From a virus, in IMG/VR virus record IMGVR_UViG_3300003323_001224, positions 1 to 64,000 of that record: a stretch of DNA of 64,000 nucleotides; one strand, written 5' to 3'. Every line of letters begins with the position of its first letter. Position 1 is the stretch's first letter. The notes under the pieces were generated by a model. That model ran no database searches, was not told where the DNA came from, and worked only from the letters and a program-made list of their open reading frames with translations. Below are positions 49,342-60,275 of this stretch, piece by piece. The position numbers and the translations under genes are program-made.

Positions 49342-50284
49342 TTAATTCATCTTTTTCCTTTGCTGCATCCAAAAATCATTTACTTGTTTGAAAATATGCT
49401 CCCACCACGCTGTCAATTCATCTATATTGGGATTCGCATGGCTCTCTTTCATCTTATCGATTAATACCATGATACCACCCATAAAAGCCTCTTTCATCAT
49501 TTGCCATTGATCTGGTGGCGTAATGCTTTTAAACAATGATAAACGTTCCATGAAAGTTTCATATTCTTTGTCCAAATCCATAACGATTAATTCGATTTAG
49601 GTCGCTGCATTATTTTTCTCTCAATCGTCATGAATTCACTTCCCGAAAGCAACAAATCCGTTCCGTATTTCGTCCTTACCTTCATTCTCAGATCTCGCCC
49701 CGTTTTACTTTTTGGATCGGCGGCGCTGCCATCCAATTCGCACATTTCCACAAAATCGGTCTCCTCTCCTGACCATTCATGTCCAGGTAGCACAAGTATT
49801 TTTCGCCCTTGAAAGAAAGCGTTCAGGTCACCAATAGTTTTAAATTTTTTCATTGCGTATTCATTTATCCAAAAACGGTATCCCTGACTTTATCTCCATA
49901 TGTATATGGTATTGCAATTGTGTTTTGGCTGAATTAATGATCTTGCCCGCCAACTGGCTAATGTGGCCAATCTCTTTCACATTTACCTGACCCTTTCTAG
50001 CTTGCTCATAATACGACAATAGATCTTCTCTCAGATCGGTGATACCAATAATTTTTTCAGGGTGTTCCATTTTTCAAAGTCCACTTTAATGCTTGAAGGA
50101 TAATTATACAATCAACAAGATCGGTTTGTTTCATTAAAATTCTTCTATAATATGGCCTATCAGCTGTTGGTATCTTCCATGCACATATCATCCATGCAAC
50201 ATGCATAGCTCGTTGCCTATTTATGTTTCGTTCACAATGGTTGGAACAAATAGAACAGCCACATAAAAGTTGGTCATTACCCAT
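49342..50284 (-). CDS. four small hypothetical ORFs (49342-49581, 49587-49853, 49861-50070, 50057-50284)
   Basis: Packed, co-oriented ORFs. Confidence 0.45.
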
Positions 50285-50285
50285 G

Positions 50286-50357
50286 CTCCCGCACCTGGAT
50301 TCGAACCAGGGACCTAGAGATCCAAATTCTCTTATTCTACCGCTGAACTATGCGGGG
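50286..50357 (-). tRNA. tRNA-Gln(TTG)
   Basis: Anticodon arm AGAGA-AT-TTG-GA-TCTCT; GGTTCGAATCC. Confidence 0.85.
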
Positions 50358-50627
50358 TTATAGCATTCGTATTTTACTTAACTTTTCTCTATATAGCTTC
50401 TCCCTATTCACCCAAAATTCCTTTGGTACCTTCGTAACTTCTTCCAGCTTGCCTGCAAGATCTTGCGTGATCTTTTTATCCCCTTTTAATAGCCTCCACG
50501 TCATGTTGCCCGATAGTCCTAATCTTTCTGCCAACATTCTCACATTCCATCCTCTATCTTCCATTATCTCTTTTAGCGTATCCCCAGGGCAGGATAATAA
50601 TTCGAGTTCAATCTTTTTGTTGCTCAT
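50358..50627 (-). CDS. HigA-like Xre antitoxin (orphan)
   Basis: PGDTLKE..LAERLG..ITQDLAGKLE..FWVN matches the HigA signature. Confidence 0.75.
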   Translation of the reverse strand: MSNKKIELELLSCPGDTLKEIMEDRGWNVRMLAERLGLSGNMTWRLLKGDKKITQDLAGKLEEVTKVPKEFWVNREKLYREKLSKIRML

Positions 50628-50889
50628 GTGCTTCCAGTTTATATTCCTGCGGCCATTTATCTCCTGTCCATAAAATAGGCGAAGTCAAGGCTAATTGTTG
50701 TAAATTAAATTCTTCTTGAATTTCTGCAATGTCATCACCTCCTATAGCATGTCCACGATCACCATACGATGTTGGCTTACCTTCTTCATCGTAATATACT
50801 GTCCTTATCTCCAGGTAGACCGAAGATTCGATACCAGAAAAATTTTGTTCAATAGCCATTACGCGATAATTCCAAGTCATAATTCTCAT
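50608..50889 (-). CDS. hypothetical phage protein
   Basis: WNYRV..VYYDEEGKP motif, common in phages. Confidence 0.55.
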   Translation of the reverse strand: MRIMTWNYRVMAIEQNFSGIESSVYLEIRTVYYDEEGKPTSYGDRGHAIGGDDIAEIQEEFNLQQLALTSPILWTGDKWPQEYKLEAHEQQKD

Positions 50890-51031
50890 TTTAATAAAGC
50901 GAGTTGCCCATCACGCGCACCTGGGCCAGGTGTTGAACCGAAGTCTCGCCAGTCCGCCGGAAAGGAGAGATAATCGTGCGCTTATTGACTCGCTCAGGAT
51001 TTACCCCTTTATAAATCCTACACCGTAAGAA

Positions 51032-51105
51032 GGTGGCACCGGGCAGAGTCGAACTGCCTACGCCGGGATTTTCGGTCCCGCGCTCTACCGCTGAGCTACG
51101 ATGCC
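51032..51105 (-). tRNA. tRNA-Phe(GAA), with C33
   Basis: Anticodon arm CGGGA-CC-GAA-AA-TCCCG; GTTCGACTC. Confidence 0.8.
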
Positions 51106-52380
51106 TTTTTAGATAACCTATAGACGACAATTGCCCATATAAAAGCTGCAATCTGCACCGCTAACCAAAAAACCGTCCCTGATCTCACCTGACCATGAAA
51201 ATAATACATATCCTTCCCCACATCACTCATGCTAACCAAAACCATCACGGCATTGAAACAAACCACGTTCTTTGGCCAATCAATTTCTAATATCATATTT
51301 TTTATGCTCGTTTGCGACAACGATAAAAAATAATCCAGGTATAGATGGTAACCCTCACCTTTAAATAAACACTCATTCAATTTCAGTTATATATCTGTGC
51401 TCATCCGTTTTTACCTTAAAGCCTAAGTGCCTTATGTAATCATCCAACATGAAAAACTTATTACCATTCGAAATAATCCTGACATCTTTCTTCCAAAACG
51501 GCTTCAATTTCCCTTTGTTGAAGATGATAACATCGCCTACGTCTACACTCACCAAATGAACTAAGCTAATAATAAATTCTTTTTCTTCCACGTTTTGCCA
51601 AGCTTCAACTAATTTGTAGGCTCTTTCCAGGTCTATAGCGACCCCCTCTTCATAAGTAATCGAAATCCATTGAATGTCACCCAGGACCTTTCCCTCATCA
51701 AATAGATCTGCGGCCTTCATTAAATGATTCATATGCGCCGGAGCCGCAATAATCAATAGATTTGCCTTATGGCTCATAGCCAAACTTCTTTAATACAGGG
51801 ATCGTCGTTTTGAAAACGCTCTAATCTATGAAGCCCTAACCGCTGGAGATGCGTTTCGATGGGTGCGTAATTATCCTCGATCATGTCAGGCAGTTGGTTA
51901 GGTTTGGGAGATCCTGAACCAACAATGAACCAACGCCTAAGCACAAATTTTCCAGGATAATCAGGTGGATTATAATAAACGCAATAATGCGTCACAAAGA
52001 TGCTCATAGGATGAAAGTTAAATGGAGCGGGTTCCCTGGCCTTCGATACAAATTGCAATCATATGAATTCCTTGACCCCCGCCCCGCAACGAATGTATTA
52101 AATAATTTGAAAAAATAAAATTTATTTAATCAATTTTTTTTTGATTGGGTTAACCGGTAATAAATATAAATATGCCATCAATACCTTTCTTTTCAACATT
52201 CATGGGCACAAATACCACCGACTCCAACAAGCAGTCCACATGTACTACTTTGGCCTCAATGTTACCACTTTCATCTTGCGTGCCCGCAATAGGCACGAAT
52301 ATGGCGTCTTTCTGATCCTGCTTGCCGCAGATAGGACAGGTGTCGCCGTCGCGTTCGTATTGTGATGGGAAGGTTTTCAT
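51096..52380 (-). CDS. four small hypothetical ORFs (51096-51380, 51373-51783, 51774-52058, 52150-52380)
   Basis: Packed, co-oriented ORFs. Confidence 0.45.
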
Positions 52381-52504
52381 TCGTCACCAAATTTTACGGG
52401 ATAGCCTAAAAATTCAAGCAGACGGATCACATCGGCCTCTTTGTATCCTATCTCGCCCAGCTCAATTTCCACTATCGCAGTCACTGTATTAATTACGAAG
52501 TTCA

Positions 52505-54013
52505 TTATCTGGAGATCTTTGGAAGTTCATTAGCCGATGTATCAACTTTCAATTTTTCAATTTCGACAGGGCGCCCTTTTCCATCCCGCTCCCTATATAA
52601 ATTCCACGCTTCTATCATCCAGTGGACCTTGGCATTCGAGGAGGTTCTGCCATTTGCCCTATCAGCTTTATTTCCCCAATTTAAAAGCTCTTTCCTCAAG
52701 AAATAAATTTGTGAGCCATCGTACCTACTGATTCCCTCTCCCGTAGCTAACTTTTCCATGAAAGTATGCCCCTCCGTTTTGTGCTTCGATGTGAAGGCAT
52801 AGTACATACCAGTCCATTGCGTTAAAGTCAACATGGTTTTAGGAGCGTTTTTTTTGGGCACCGTATCAGCCCAAGACATGCACTCTTTCAATTTTCTATA
52901 ATTCCGCTCATCCTTGATCCATTTGTTGATGTCGTGATTAGTAACATTGACACGCTTAGTCGTCACTACACCATATTCTAGCAACAAAATAATAAACTTT
53001 ACGCAGGCGGCTGCCTGATTGGCATTGGGCACATTTTCAACCGAAAGCGTATCGCCTGGAGTTCTTTTCCTACCAGAATCAACAACTTCGAAGGCTTCAA
53101 CCGGTGAGCCGGTAAAAATAACCATATTGTATGTTTTACCCGCTTTTATCATCGCTAACAATTTATGTTGCCCATCGTACAATTTCCCATTAATATCAAT
53201 CCCAATAGTTGCTTGGTTTGTATCAATCCATAATTCATTAGCCATTTGTTCCGCATGTCCAAAAACTTCTTCCAGATAAATGTGCCTATTTTTTGTATTA
53301 AGCATCATTATATCTTCTGCCATTGTCGGGGTAACATCGATAATTATTTTGCCTTTTGTGGGCGTCGCCTTTTTTATTCTTTCTATAATATCAGTATCCG
53401 GTCTTTCCTTTGCTGGTTTTACATTTTGGATAAATCTTTGATTGTATTTCAATTTTTTATGATAGTTGCTTTCATTGGCTTCGTTTTCGTTTCTTTCTAT
53501 TTTCTCAATTTTAACTTGGTAGAATTTTTGTCCTGAAACTGGAACCAGTGAACACTCGACGATGACAGAAGCACCTTGTTTTATGGGTTTGGGAATCATT
53601 TGCCCATTAGCTTTTGCGACTTCCAGGAACTGTTCTATGATTCTCTTGCTATCCGATTTTCCCACTTTAAATTTGACATCATCATCTTTCTGCACAACTT
53701 CAATAGCAGTAGCATTGTTTCGCAAATGATCGCTTTGCGGGTCTATTTGACAAAGAATTTCTCCGTAATTCTTTCCTATAAAAAATATGATAGCTGCTAT
53801 GTCCGTATGTTCTCTGAAGAAATTTCCGGCGCGTAAAATATAGGAAAAACCGCCAAAACGAGCGTCAGCGGTTTGAATGATAATTTGAAAATCATAGGTG
53901 ATGATTGTTTTCCCTTTGATGACAAGCTTACCGGGGACACTGCCTTGTCTTAGGTATTTTACAAAGGTGGCATCATCCATTGGTTTTCCCGGCCTAATTA
54001 AATCGGTACTCAT
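52505..54013 (-). CDS. protein with a C-terminal ParB/DGQHR-like domain
   Basis: VTPTMAE..NTKNR..IGIDINGKLYDGQHKLLA..VDSGRKRT. Confidence 0.7.
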   Translation of the reverse strand: MSTDLIRPGKPMDDATFVKYLRQGSVPGKLVIKGKTIITYDFQIIIQTADARFGGFSYILRAGNFFREHTDIAAIIFFIGKNYGEILCQIDPQSDHLRNNATAIEVVQKDDDVKFKVGKSDSKRIIEQFLEVAKANGQMIPKPIKQGASVIVECSLVPVSGQKFYQVKIEKIERNENEANESNYHKKLKYNQRFIQNVKPAKERPDTDIIERIKKATPTKGKIIIDVTPTMAEDIMMLNTKNRHIYLEEVFGHAEQMANELWIDTNQATIGIDINGKLYDGQHKLLAMIKAGKTYNMVIFTGSPVEAFEVVDSGRKRTPGDTLSVENVPNANQAAACVKFIILLLEYGVVTTKRVNVTNHDINKWIKDERNYRKLKECMSWADTVPKKNAPKTMLTLTQWTGMYYAFTSKHKTEGHTFMEKLATGEGISRYDGSQIYFLRKELLNWGNKADRANGRTSSNAKVHWMIEAWNLYRERDGKGRPVEIEKLKVDTSANELPKISR

Positions 54014-54165
54014 AAAATTGATTTCGGTTATTGATTCTGGTTATTAATCAAAAAAATATTGATTAGAATTTGAAGTTATAATTTTTTTAACTAAATTTAT
54101 CTCCCCCCCTTAAAATAAAGTCGGATTATCAATAGTTAAAAGCCTCGTCATGCGTAGAAAGAAAC

Positions 54166-54621
54166 CTAAAAAGTACCTTCAGCTTTCCATTTCTCCAGCT
54201 GCGCTAATCGGTCCTGTTCGATTATTGCCTCTGCCTCCATCCTATCCTTCGCTGGTAAAGAAGAAAAAACAATACTCATTAAATAAGCGACTTCGGCCCG
54301 AAGCCTGATAATTTCCTTCGCCTGTTCGCTCAACACCTTCTCTTCTTCTACTTTGGCCATTACAGGCTTCAGAAATTTCTTGTGCGCTACTTTGATCTTG
54401 TAAAGCAACTCTTGAGGGGCCGGCTTGTTTTTTTTCTCCCTCGTCAGCCACCGGCTTATGGTCTCCCGTGCTACGCCTGCTCTCGTGGCAATAGCAGTTT
54501 GATCCAACGTATACCCGGACGCTTGTATTATTTCGTCAATCAGGGAACGGAGAGGTGGCTGTGCAAGTGACTGCTTTGCCATTTGTGAAACGTTTTGGGG
54601 TAAATCTTGATTTTTTTTCAA
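54166..54621 (-). CDS. HTH repressor (CI-like)
   Basis: HTH QTAIATRAGVARETISRW; divergent from a Cro-like gene; start may be 54582. Confidence 0.65.
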   Translation of the reverse strand: MKKNQDLPQNVSQMAKQSLAQPPLRSLIDEIIQASGYTLDQTAIATRAGVARETISRWLTREKKNKPAPQELLYKIKVAHKKFLKPVMAKVEEEKVLSEQAKEIIRLRAEVAYLMSIVFSSLPAKDRMEAEAIIEQDRLAQLEKWKAEGTF

Positions 54622-54624
54622 CGT

Positions 54625-54720
54625 TCAATCAAAAAAATTTTGATTGACTGAAATCTCGTCAAAAATTGATCACATGTGATCGTGTGTGACTACATGTGAC
54701 TATATTTGATCGTGATGGAT
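54625..54720. promoter_or_regulatory. divergent promoter/operator region
   Basis: 10-bp periodic TGA(T/C)-led units at 54667-54716, palindrome GATCACATGTGATC, TATATTTG -7 box, and inverted repeat TCAATCAAAA..TTTTGATTGA. Confidence 0.6.
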
Positions 54721-54750
54721 GCAATATACTAAACGCTATCCAATTCGACA

Positions 54751-54990
54751 ATGAATTCGACACTAATATCTAAGAAAAAAGTCAGAGAAATTTTTGAAGT
54801 GCTGAGCGAGAGCGAGTTAAGGCAGCTCGAAGATCGCGTTGCGGGGTATGGTTGGCTGAGCGATACGGCACGCAGGGCGGAGGTACATGTCAATACGATC
54901 AAAAAAATCTTGATGAAGGGGTATGGCTACCCGACAACTATTCAAAAAATTCGCAACATCCTGACCCATGAAAATAGTACACATCAATAA
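54751..54990 (+). CDS. Cro-like HTH protein
   Basis: HTH SDTARRAEVHVNTIKKIL. Confidence 0.55.
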   Translation: MNSTLISKKKVREIFEVLSESELRQLEDRVAGYGWLSDTARRAEVHVNTIKKILMKGYGYPTTIQKIRNILTHENSTHQ

Positions 54991-55123
54991 AGGGAAAATA
55001 CGCCGGGAGGCCGTGCAGGACCAGCTGCAACGGGATATGCGTACCCATTTGATCTCTCTGGCCAAGAAAAGCGCCCGGCGCAAAATGGCGCAACTGCTTA
55101 ACCAATCAACCAATATATAATAT

Positions 55124-55801
55124 ATGTCCCAACAACTCACGACTACCAGCACCGAAGATGTCCTCTCGTCCGTCGTCATCCATGGGGATCTTTCCAAATT
55201 AACGGATACACAAAAAGTCATCTATTATCGCCAATTCTGCGATTCATTAGGACTCAATCCCCTTACGCAACCCTTTGCCATTATTAAATTCCAGGGGAAA
55301 GAAGTACTCTATGCGAAGAAGGATGCTACCGAACAGTTGCGTAAAGTGCATGGCATCAGCGTCACCGATCTCACCGGCGAGGTACAGCATGATAGCACCT
55401 ATGTCGTTACCTGTAAAGTTCGGGATAAGCAGGGGAAAACAGACATCGCCACCGGCGTGGTTGCGCTGGAAGGGCTTAAAGGTGCCCCACTCTCCAATGC
55501 AAAAATGGTGGCAGAAACCAAAGCCAAGCGCCGCGCTACTCTGAGCATCTGCGGTCTCGGTATGATGGACGAATCGGAGATCGGCACTGTAGATGGGAGC
55601 TACGTGACAGTAGACGTTCCTGTTCAGGAAAAATCATCCGCCAAACCGCCCTTGACAGATAAAGCTTTCGGTCAAGCAGTGGAGCGCATCCAGAAAGGGG
55701 AAAAAGGATTGATCGAAAAGCTCAGGCAGTCCTACGCGCTATCGCAGGCGCAAATCGATACGCTTGTAGGAATGGAGGATGCTAATATTGTCAGCGCATG
55801 A
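55124..55801 (+). CDS. single-strand annealing recombinase (RecT/Bet-like)
   Basis: FC..LGLNPLT..LYAKK..MVAETKAKRRA motifs. Confidence 0.65.
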   Translation: MSQQLTTTSTEDVLSSVVIHGDLSKLTDTQKVIYYRQFCDSLGLNPLTQPFAIIKFQGKEVLYAKKDATEQLRKVHGISVTDLTGEVQHDSTYVVTCKVRDKQGKTDIATGVVALEGLKGAPLSNAKMVAETKAKRRATLSICGLGMMDESEIGTVDGSYVTVDVPVQEKSSAKPPLTDKAFGQAVERIQKGEKGLIEKLRQSYALSQAQIDTLVGMEDANIVSA

Positions 55802-56540
55802 AAAAGATAATCACCATAGAAATTGAGGAACCTCGGCAGGCACATGATAATTTAGCCGATCTACTATGTTGGTGGCAAGGGTATATGGCCGGCCTTAAAG
55901 CCGCAGCACCGTATACCGACACAAATTTTGTAGCCGATAATGGCATAGCGACAGCGCGTATTATTTTGAATAAAATTAAAGCTGCGTTATGCGAATCAAA
56001 CTAACCCCTGAGCAAGAAAACGCCTTGTGGGTGTTAATCTTCTGCCTGGGCAGCATATTAATTGTTCTTCTTATACTTATTTTCTTATGACAGAAATATA
56101 TGAACTGGAATGCGGGGACATTAAGCAACGTGGATCGCTGGCGGAGCTTATCAAGCTCAGCGGAACATTGGCGGCAGGACTTCCGCGTCAATTTTTTCTC
56201 ATTAAAAAATCTAAACTCAATGGCGCATCTTATCAAGACGAACCCGCAACATGTCTGGAATCTGGATGGCAGCAAGCTGGAAGGGGAAGTGGCGGCAGCT
56301 CAGGAGAGGAAAAACTACCTGCATGAGCTAGAGATCCCTCACTTTTTGCAAGCCAAGCAAGGACGCGTCTCGATGATCATTCCCGCTGACATGCCCCTGG
56401 CTGTTGATGATGTCCTCACCAATGAATATGGCTGGGAAGGGGTGGTCGTAGACATCCTGGAGCGCAGACCGGCCAGGGGCGAGTGGGGGGGCAGGAAAGT
56501 AGACTATGTGCGGGTGCAGTTTTTATAAAAATGGTTTCAT

Positions 56541-57407
56541 ATGGAACATGGAAGAGACGCTGCGCGCAAGATTCGAAAGGTGGGGCAAAGAAAAAGAGAA
56601 TGCTCTTCATGCAATGCGCCTATCGAGGAGACACGCTGGACTTCTAGTCGGTATTGCAGGGAATGTGCAAAAAAAATGGAGGATAAAGAGAAGAAGAAAG
56701 CTAGAAATCATTCTCCTGACCAACTGCTGAAGAATATTTGTCGTTCAAAAGCACGTAACGCTTTAAAGAGTGGAAAAATATTACGGCAGATTTGTGAAAT
56801 ATGCGGCGCAACACAAACTGAAATGCACCACGATGATTATTCGAAACCATTAGATGTTAGATGGTTTTGTAAACGTTGCCATGTTAAAAAACATAAATAT
56901 GAACGCATGAGCCTTTCTCAAAAAAGTTGGCGCGCAGAATATAAACGCATGTACTATGCGGATCTTAAAAAAAGATCACCCGCCTTTTATGAATCAGGCG
57001 GCGGAGATAGCTACCAAATACCAATACCTTCAGAAAAGAACACGAATGGCCTGACCAAAATTATTATGAAATTCTTAAAACTCAAAGGTCACTACGCTAA
57101 CCGAATCAACACGCAGGGACAGGCGCGCATGGGGCGGAAGATTGTATATTACGAAGCTTTCACTAATAAGCCGGTATATGCGGAAGGAATTACATACACA
57201 AAAGGCACTACCCGGCGCGGCACGCCCGACATCGACGCCATCATATATGGCAAAACCGTGAAGATCGAAGTGAAGGTCGGTCGTGACAGCATGCGCGATG
57301 AGCAATGGGATGAGAAATGCGCTATTGAATCAGCTGGCGGATTCTACTTCATCGCGCGTAGCATGCAACCTTTTTATGAATGGTACATTGAAACTTTTGA
57401 AAAATGA
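56541..57407 (+). CDS. Zn-finger/HNH-like plus VRR-NUC (PD-(D/E)XK) nuclease
   Basis: CxxC pairs and HHDDYSKPL..C..CH, then GTPDI..KIEVK..Q..GGFY. Confidence 0.7.
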   Translation: MEHGRDAARKIRKVGQRKRECSSCNAPIEETRWTSSRYCRECAKKMEDKEKKKARNHSPDQLLKNICRSKARNALKSGKILRQICEICGATQTEMHHDDYSKPLDVRWFCKRCHVKKHKYERMSLSQKSWRAEYKRMYYADLKKRSPAFYESGGGDSYQIPIPSEKNTNGLTKIIMKFLKLKGHYANRINTQGQARMGRKIVYYEAFTNKPVYAEGITYTKGTTRRGTPDIDAIIYGKTVKIEVKVGRDSMRDEQWDEKCAIESAGGFYFIARSMQPFYEWYIETFEK

Positions 57408-57671
57408 ACGTAATTAATATAGATGAAATCGGAATAACAATCCGACCTTGTTCGCCTGATGAAGTGTTGATCATTATAGATGAAAAGAGACGACAGGCAG
57501 CCAAAGTGTTATCGATCGCCGATCTCGCGAATTTTATTACCCAATGTCGAATTCTATTGGAGGAAATGAAATTCACTGCGACATCTTCATGCGCTGACCC
57601 TGATCTGTATTCTACCGGTCCCGATTACCCTTATTAAACAACATTGCATAACGCTACCTATATCAAAAGAC

Positions 57672-60146
57672 ATGGGCGAAACCCTCTCCGCCGTCTGGGA
57701 GCAAGTAAAATCGCTCCTCCATGCCGGTATCTCTGTCATCCCCGTTCGGGATCACGAAGACAAAGGCAAACCGCCCAAAACACCGTACGCCCAGTGGAAA
57801 CAATACCAGGAGCGCGTTACCACCGAACAGGAATTATGGGGCCAGATGGAGCGCCACAATACCGCCGCCGTCGCCATGATCTGCGGCAAGGTTTCAGGCC
57901 ACCTGGAAGCGATCGACATTGATGTAAAGAACTGGCCGGGCATTGATGCCCGGTATTTTGAAGCGATCCGGGAGTTATACCCCGATCTATGGGAGACCAT
58001 CCGTATCCACAGCACGCCTTCGGGCGGCTACCACATATTATACCGGATAGATAGGCCCGGTATACCCGGTAACCAGAAACTTGCCACTGCGGCGGGATCA
58101 ACGCAGGCAGGGATCGAAACAAGGGGGGAGGGGGGCTACGTTGTGGCTCCCCCCTCCCTGGGTTACCAGATCTATAAAGATCGACCGCTTCCCGTCTATA
58201 CCTGGGAACAACGTGAAGCCCTGATCAATCTTGCGAGGAGCTTTGATGAAAAGATCAAGGTCGCAGCAGCCCCTCCCTTACCCAAAAGTAAAAATGACTA
58301 TTATGATGAAAATCCATTCGAACATTTTAATGGTTCACCTGCCGCTGAAGAGATCCTTACTGATCAAGGATGGAGCCGGCTTCGAAATAGAAATAGCAGT
58401 TATCGATATTTTACACGACCGGGTAAATCTGCTGGTATCAGTGCCTCCTTCATTGTCGGGTCCCGACTATACTATATCTTCACTTCCAGCACCCACCTGG
58501 AACCTTCGACCGCCTACAGTCCTTCCGCTCTGCTCTGCCGACTTCGATTTAATGGAGATGGAAAAGCCCTCTACCAATACCTCGTCGAACAGGGCTACGG
58601 CAAAATAAAGTCCCGGATAGAACAACGCCTCGTACGTTCCAAGATCCTCAGCGGCGATGACCTACCCGGCAACGTCTCTTCCGCCGCCAAAGAATTATAT
58701 ACCAAAGAAAAAGACCGCCTATGCAGGACATACGCACACGGCACCTACTGGGTGCAGGACGATATAGACGATGTGGTCAAGATCAACCGGGAACGCTTGT
58801 ACACCGTAGCCTCCGGACTCGGCTTTCGGCACTACAACGGCAAGGTCGTACAGATCGATGGCTATATCGTCCGGTCTGTCACGGACCGGCTGTTCTACGA
58901 TACGCTGAAATCTTACTGCGTAGAAGAAGAAGCAGATTTTCTCGAAGCTATCCGCAACGCATTCGAAGCTTTTGTTCAGAAGGCTGGCGAGTTTACTATT
59001 ACCCGGATCGAGGAGCTAGACGAACGTCATATTCTTACAAGTGCGAAACATACCTCTTTCAAGTTTTATAATAACGGCTTTATCAAGATCTGGGCTACGG
59101 AAATTTCTTTTCATTCATACAGCGAAATTTCTCACTGGCTCATCTGGGAACAACAGATCATCCAAAGAGATTACCAATCTTTTGAAGGTGATGTTACCCA
59201 ATCGCTTTTTTATCAATTCCTGGAAAAGGCCCTCGGCATATCCGACTACTTATGGCAAGTCCTGGGTTATATCATCCATGACTACAAAGATGAAACCATG
59301 GGCTACATCTTCGCCCTTGTCGAAAAGTGCGAAGATCCCCGACAAGGCGGTGGCACCGGCAAAAACCTCCTTTGCAACCTGCTCTCCCATATCACCACGG
59401 TGAAGGTAGTGGCCGGCTCACAAGTCCAGTTGAATGAAAAGCTTCTCCAGTCCTGGAATTACGAAAAGCTCCTGGTCATCAGCGATGTCCCTAAGCGCTT
59501 TGACTGGAGCTTTCTGAAAGAACCTTCCATGGGACACGCCACTAAAAAAAATCTCTTTAAAGATGAAATCGTTATCCCGCCTGATAAAATGTGCAAGTTC
59601 CTGGTCCTTACCAATTATTCTTATGATAATGTTGATGGAGGACTTAGACGACGCATACGGCCACTGGAGTTTACCTCCTTTTTTACCCATTCCGGCGGTG
59701 TGGACGGGCACTTCGGTAGACTCTTTCCCTACGATTGGAATGACCTGGAATGGGCCGCCTACGATCACCTTTTGCATCACGCGATACAACGATACCTGCA
59801 ATCTGATGGTAAGATTCCTGCGACCGATCTTTCCCCTACCGGATGGCTCAAACAGTTCGATCAAACCTATCACTTCGCCACACGGGGATTTATCCAGGAA
59901 CAATGGGACTTCTGGTTACGTAGTGGCTTCATCTCCAACGAAAGTTTTAAACAAGCCTATGACCTTTATTGCAATACCAACGGCATTCATCCACGCTATC
60001 GCCTTACCATGCACAAACTCAACCAGGCCATAAGAGAGTGGTGTGATTACAATAAAGTCTTTTTCGATGTCGATGCGATCGAACGGTATAACAGTATTCC
60101 CTTCCGGGGTAAACGTTTTACTTTGCTGGAGGCGCCACCGTTTTAA
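57672..60146 (+). CDS. bifunctional primase-polymerase with P-loop helicase
   Basis: Prim-Pol motifs AIDIDVK, TPSGGYHILY and ETRGEGGYVVAPPS; Walker A GGTGKN. Confidence 0.85.
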   Translation: MGETLSAVWEQVKSLLHAGISVIPVRDHEDKGKPPKTPYAQWKQYQERVTTEQELWGQMERHNTAAVAMICGKVSGHLEAIDIDVKNWPGIDARYFEAIRELYPDLWETIRIHSTPSGGYHILYRIDRPGIPGNQKLATAAGSTQAGIETRGEGGYVVAPPSLGYQIYKDRPLPVYTWEQREALINLARSFDEKIKVAAAPPLPKSKNDYYDENPFEHFNGSPAAEEILTDQGWSRLRNRNSSYRYFTRPGKSAGISASFIVGSRLYYIFTSSTHLEPSTAYSPSALLCRLRFNGDGKALYQYLVEQGYGKIKSRIEQRLVRSKILSGDDLPGNVSSAAKELYTKEKDRLCRTYAHGTYWVQDDIDDVVKINRERLYTVASGLGFRHYNGKVVQIDGYIVRSVTDRLFYDTLKSYCVEEEADFLEAIRNAFEAFVQKAGEFTITRIEELDERHILTSAKHTSFKFYNNGFIKIWATEISFHSYSEISHWLIWEQQIIQRDYQSFEGDVTQSLFYQFLEKALGISDYLWQVLGYIIHDYKDETMGYIFALVEKCEDPRQGGGTGKNLLCNLLSHITTVKVVAGSQVQLNEKLLQSWNYEKLLVISDVPKRFDWSFLKEPSMGHATKKNLFKDEIVIPPDKMCKFLVLTNYSYDNVDGGLRRRIRPLEFTSFFTHSGGVDGHFGRLFPYDWNDLEWAAYDHLLHHAIQRYLQSDGKIPATDLSPTGWLKQFDQTYHFATRGFIQEQWDFWLRSGFISNESFKQAYDLYCNTNGIHPRYRLTMHKLNQAIREWCDYNKVFFDVDAIERYNSIPFRGKRFTLLEAPPF

Positions 60147-60204
60147 AATGAGCCCCGCGTAGAAACGCAGGGCGTGTTGTTGATGTGTTCTAACTTCAAA
60201 ACAG

Positions 60205-60275
60205 AGACCATCCAGGGAGTCGAACCCTGCTGCACGGTTTTGCAGACCGCGTGCTAACCGCTCACACAGATGGTC
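60205..60275 (-). tRNA. tRNA-Cys(GCA)
   Basis: Anticodon arm GCGGT-CT-GCA-AA-ACCGT; U discriminator. Confidence 0.8.

Noticed and set aside
50915-50970. GGTTCAAC T-loop-like sequence on the minus strand
   Set aside because: A cloverleaf could not be built
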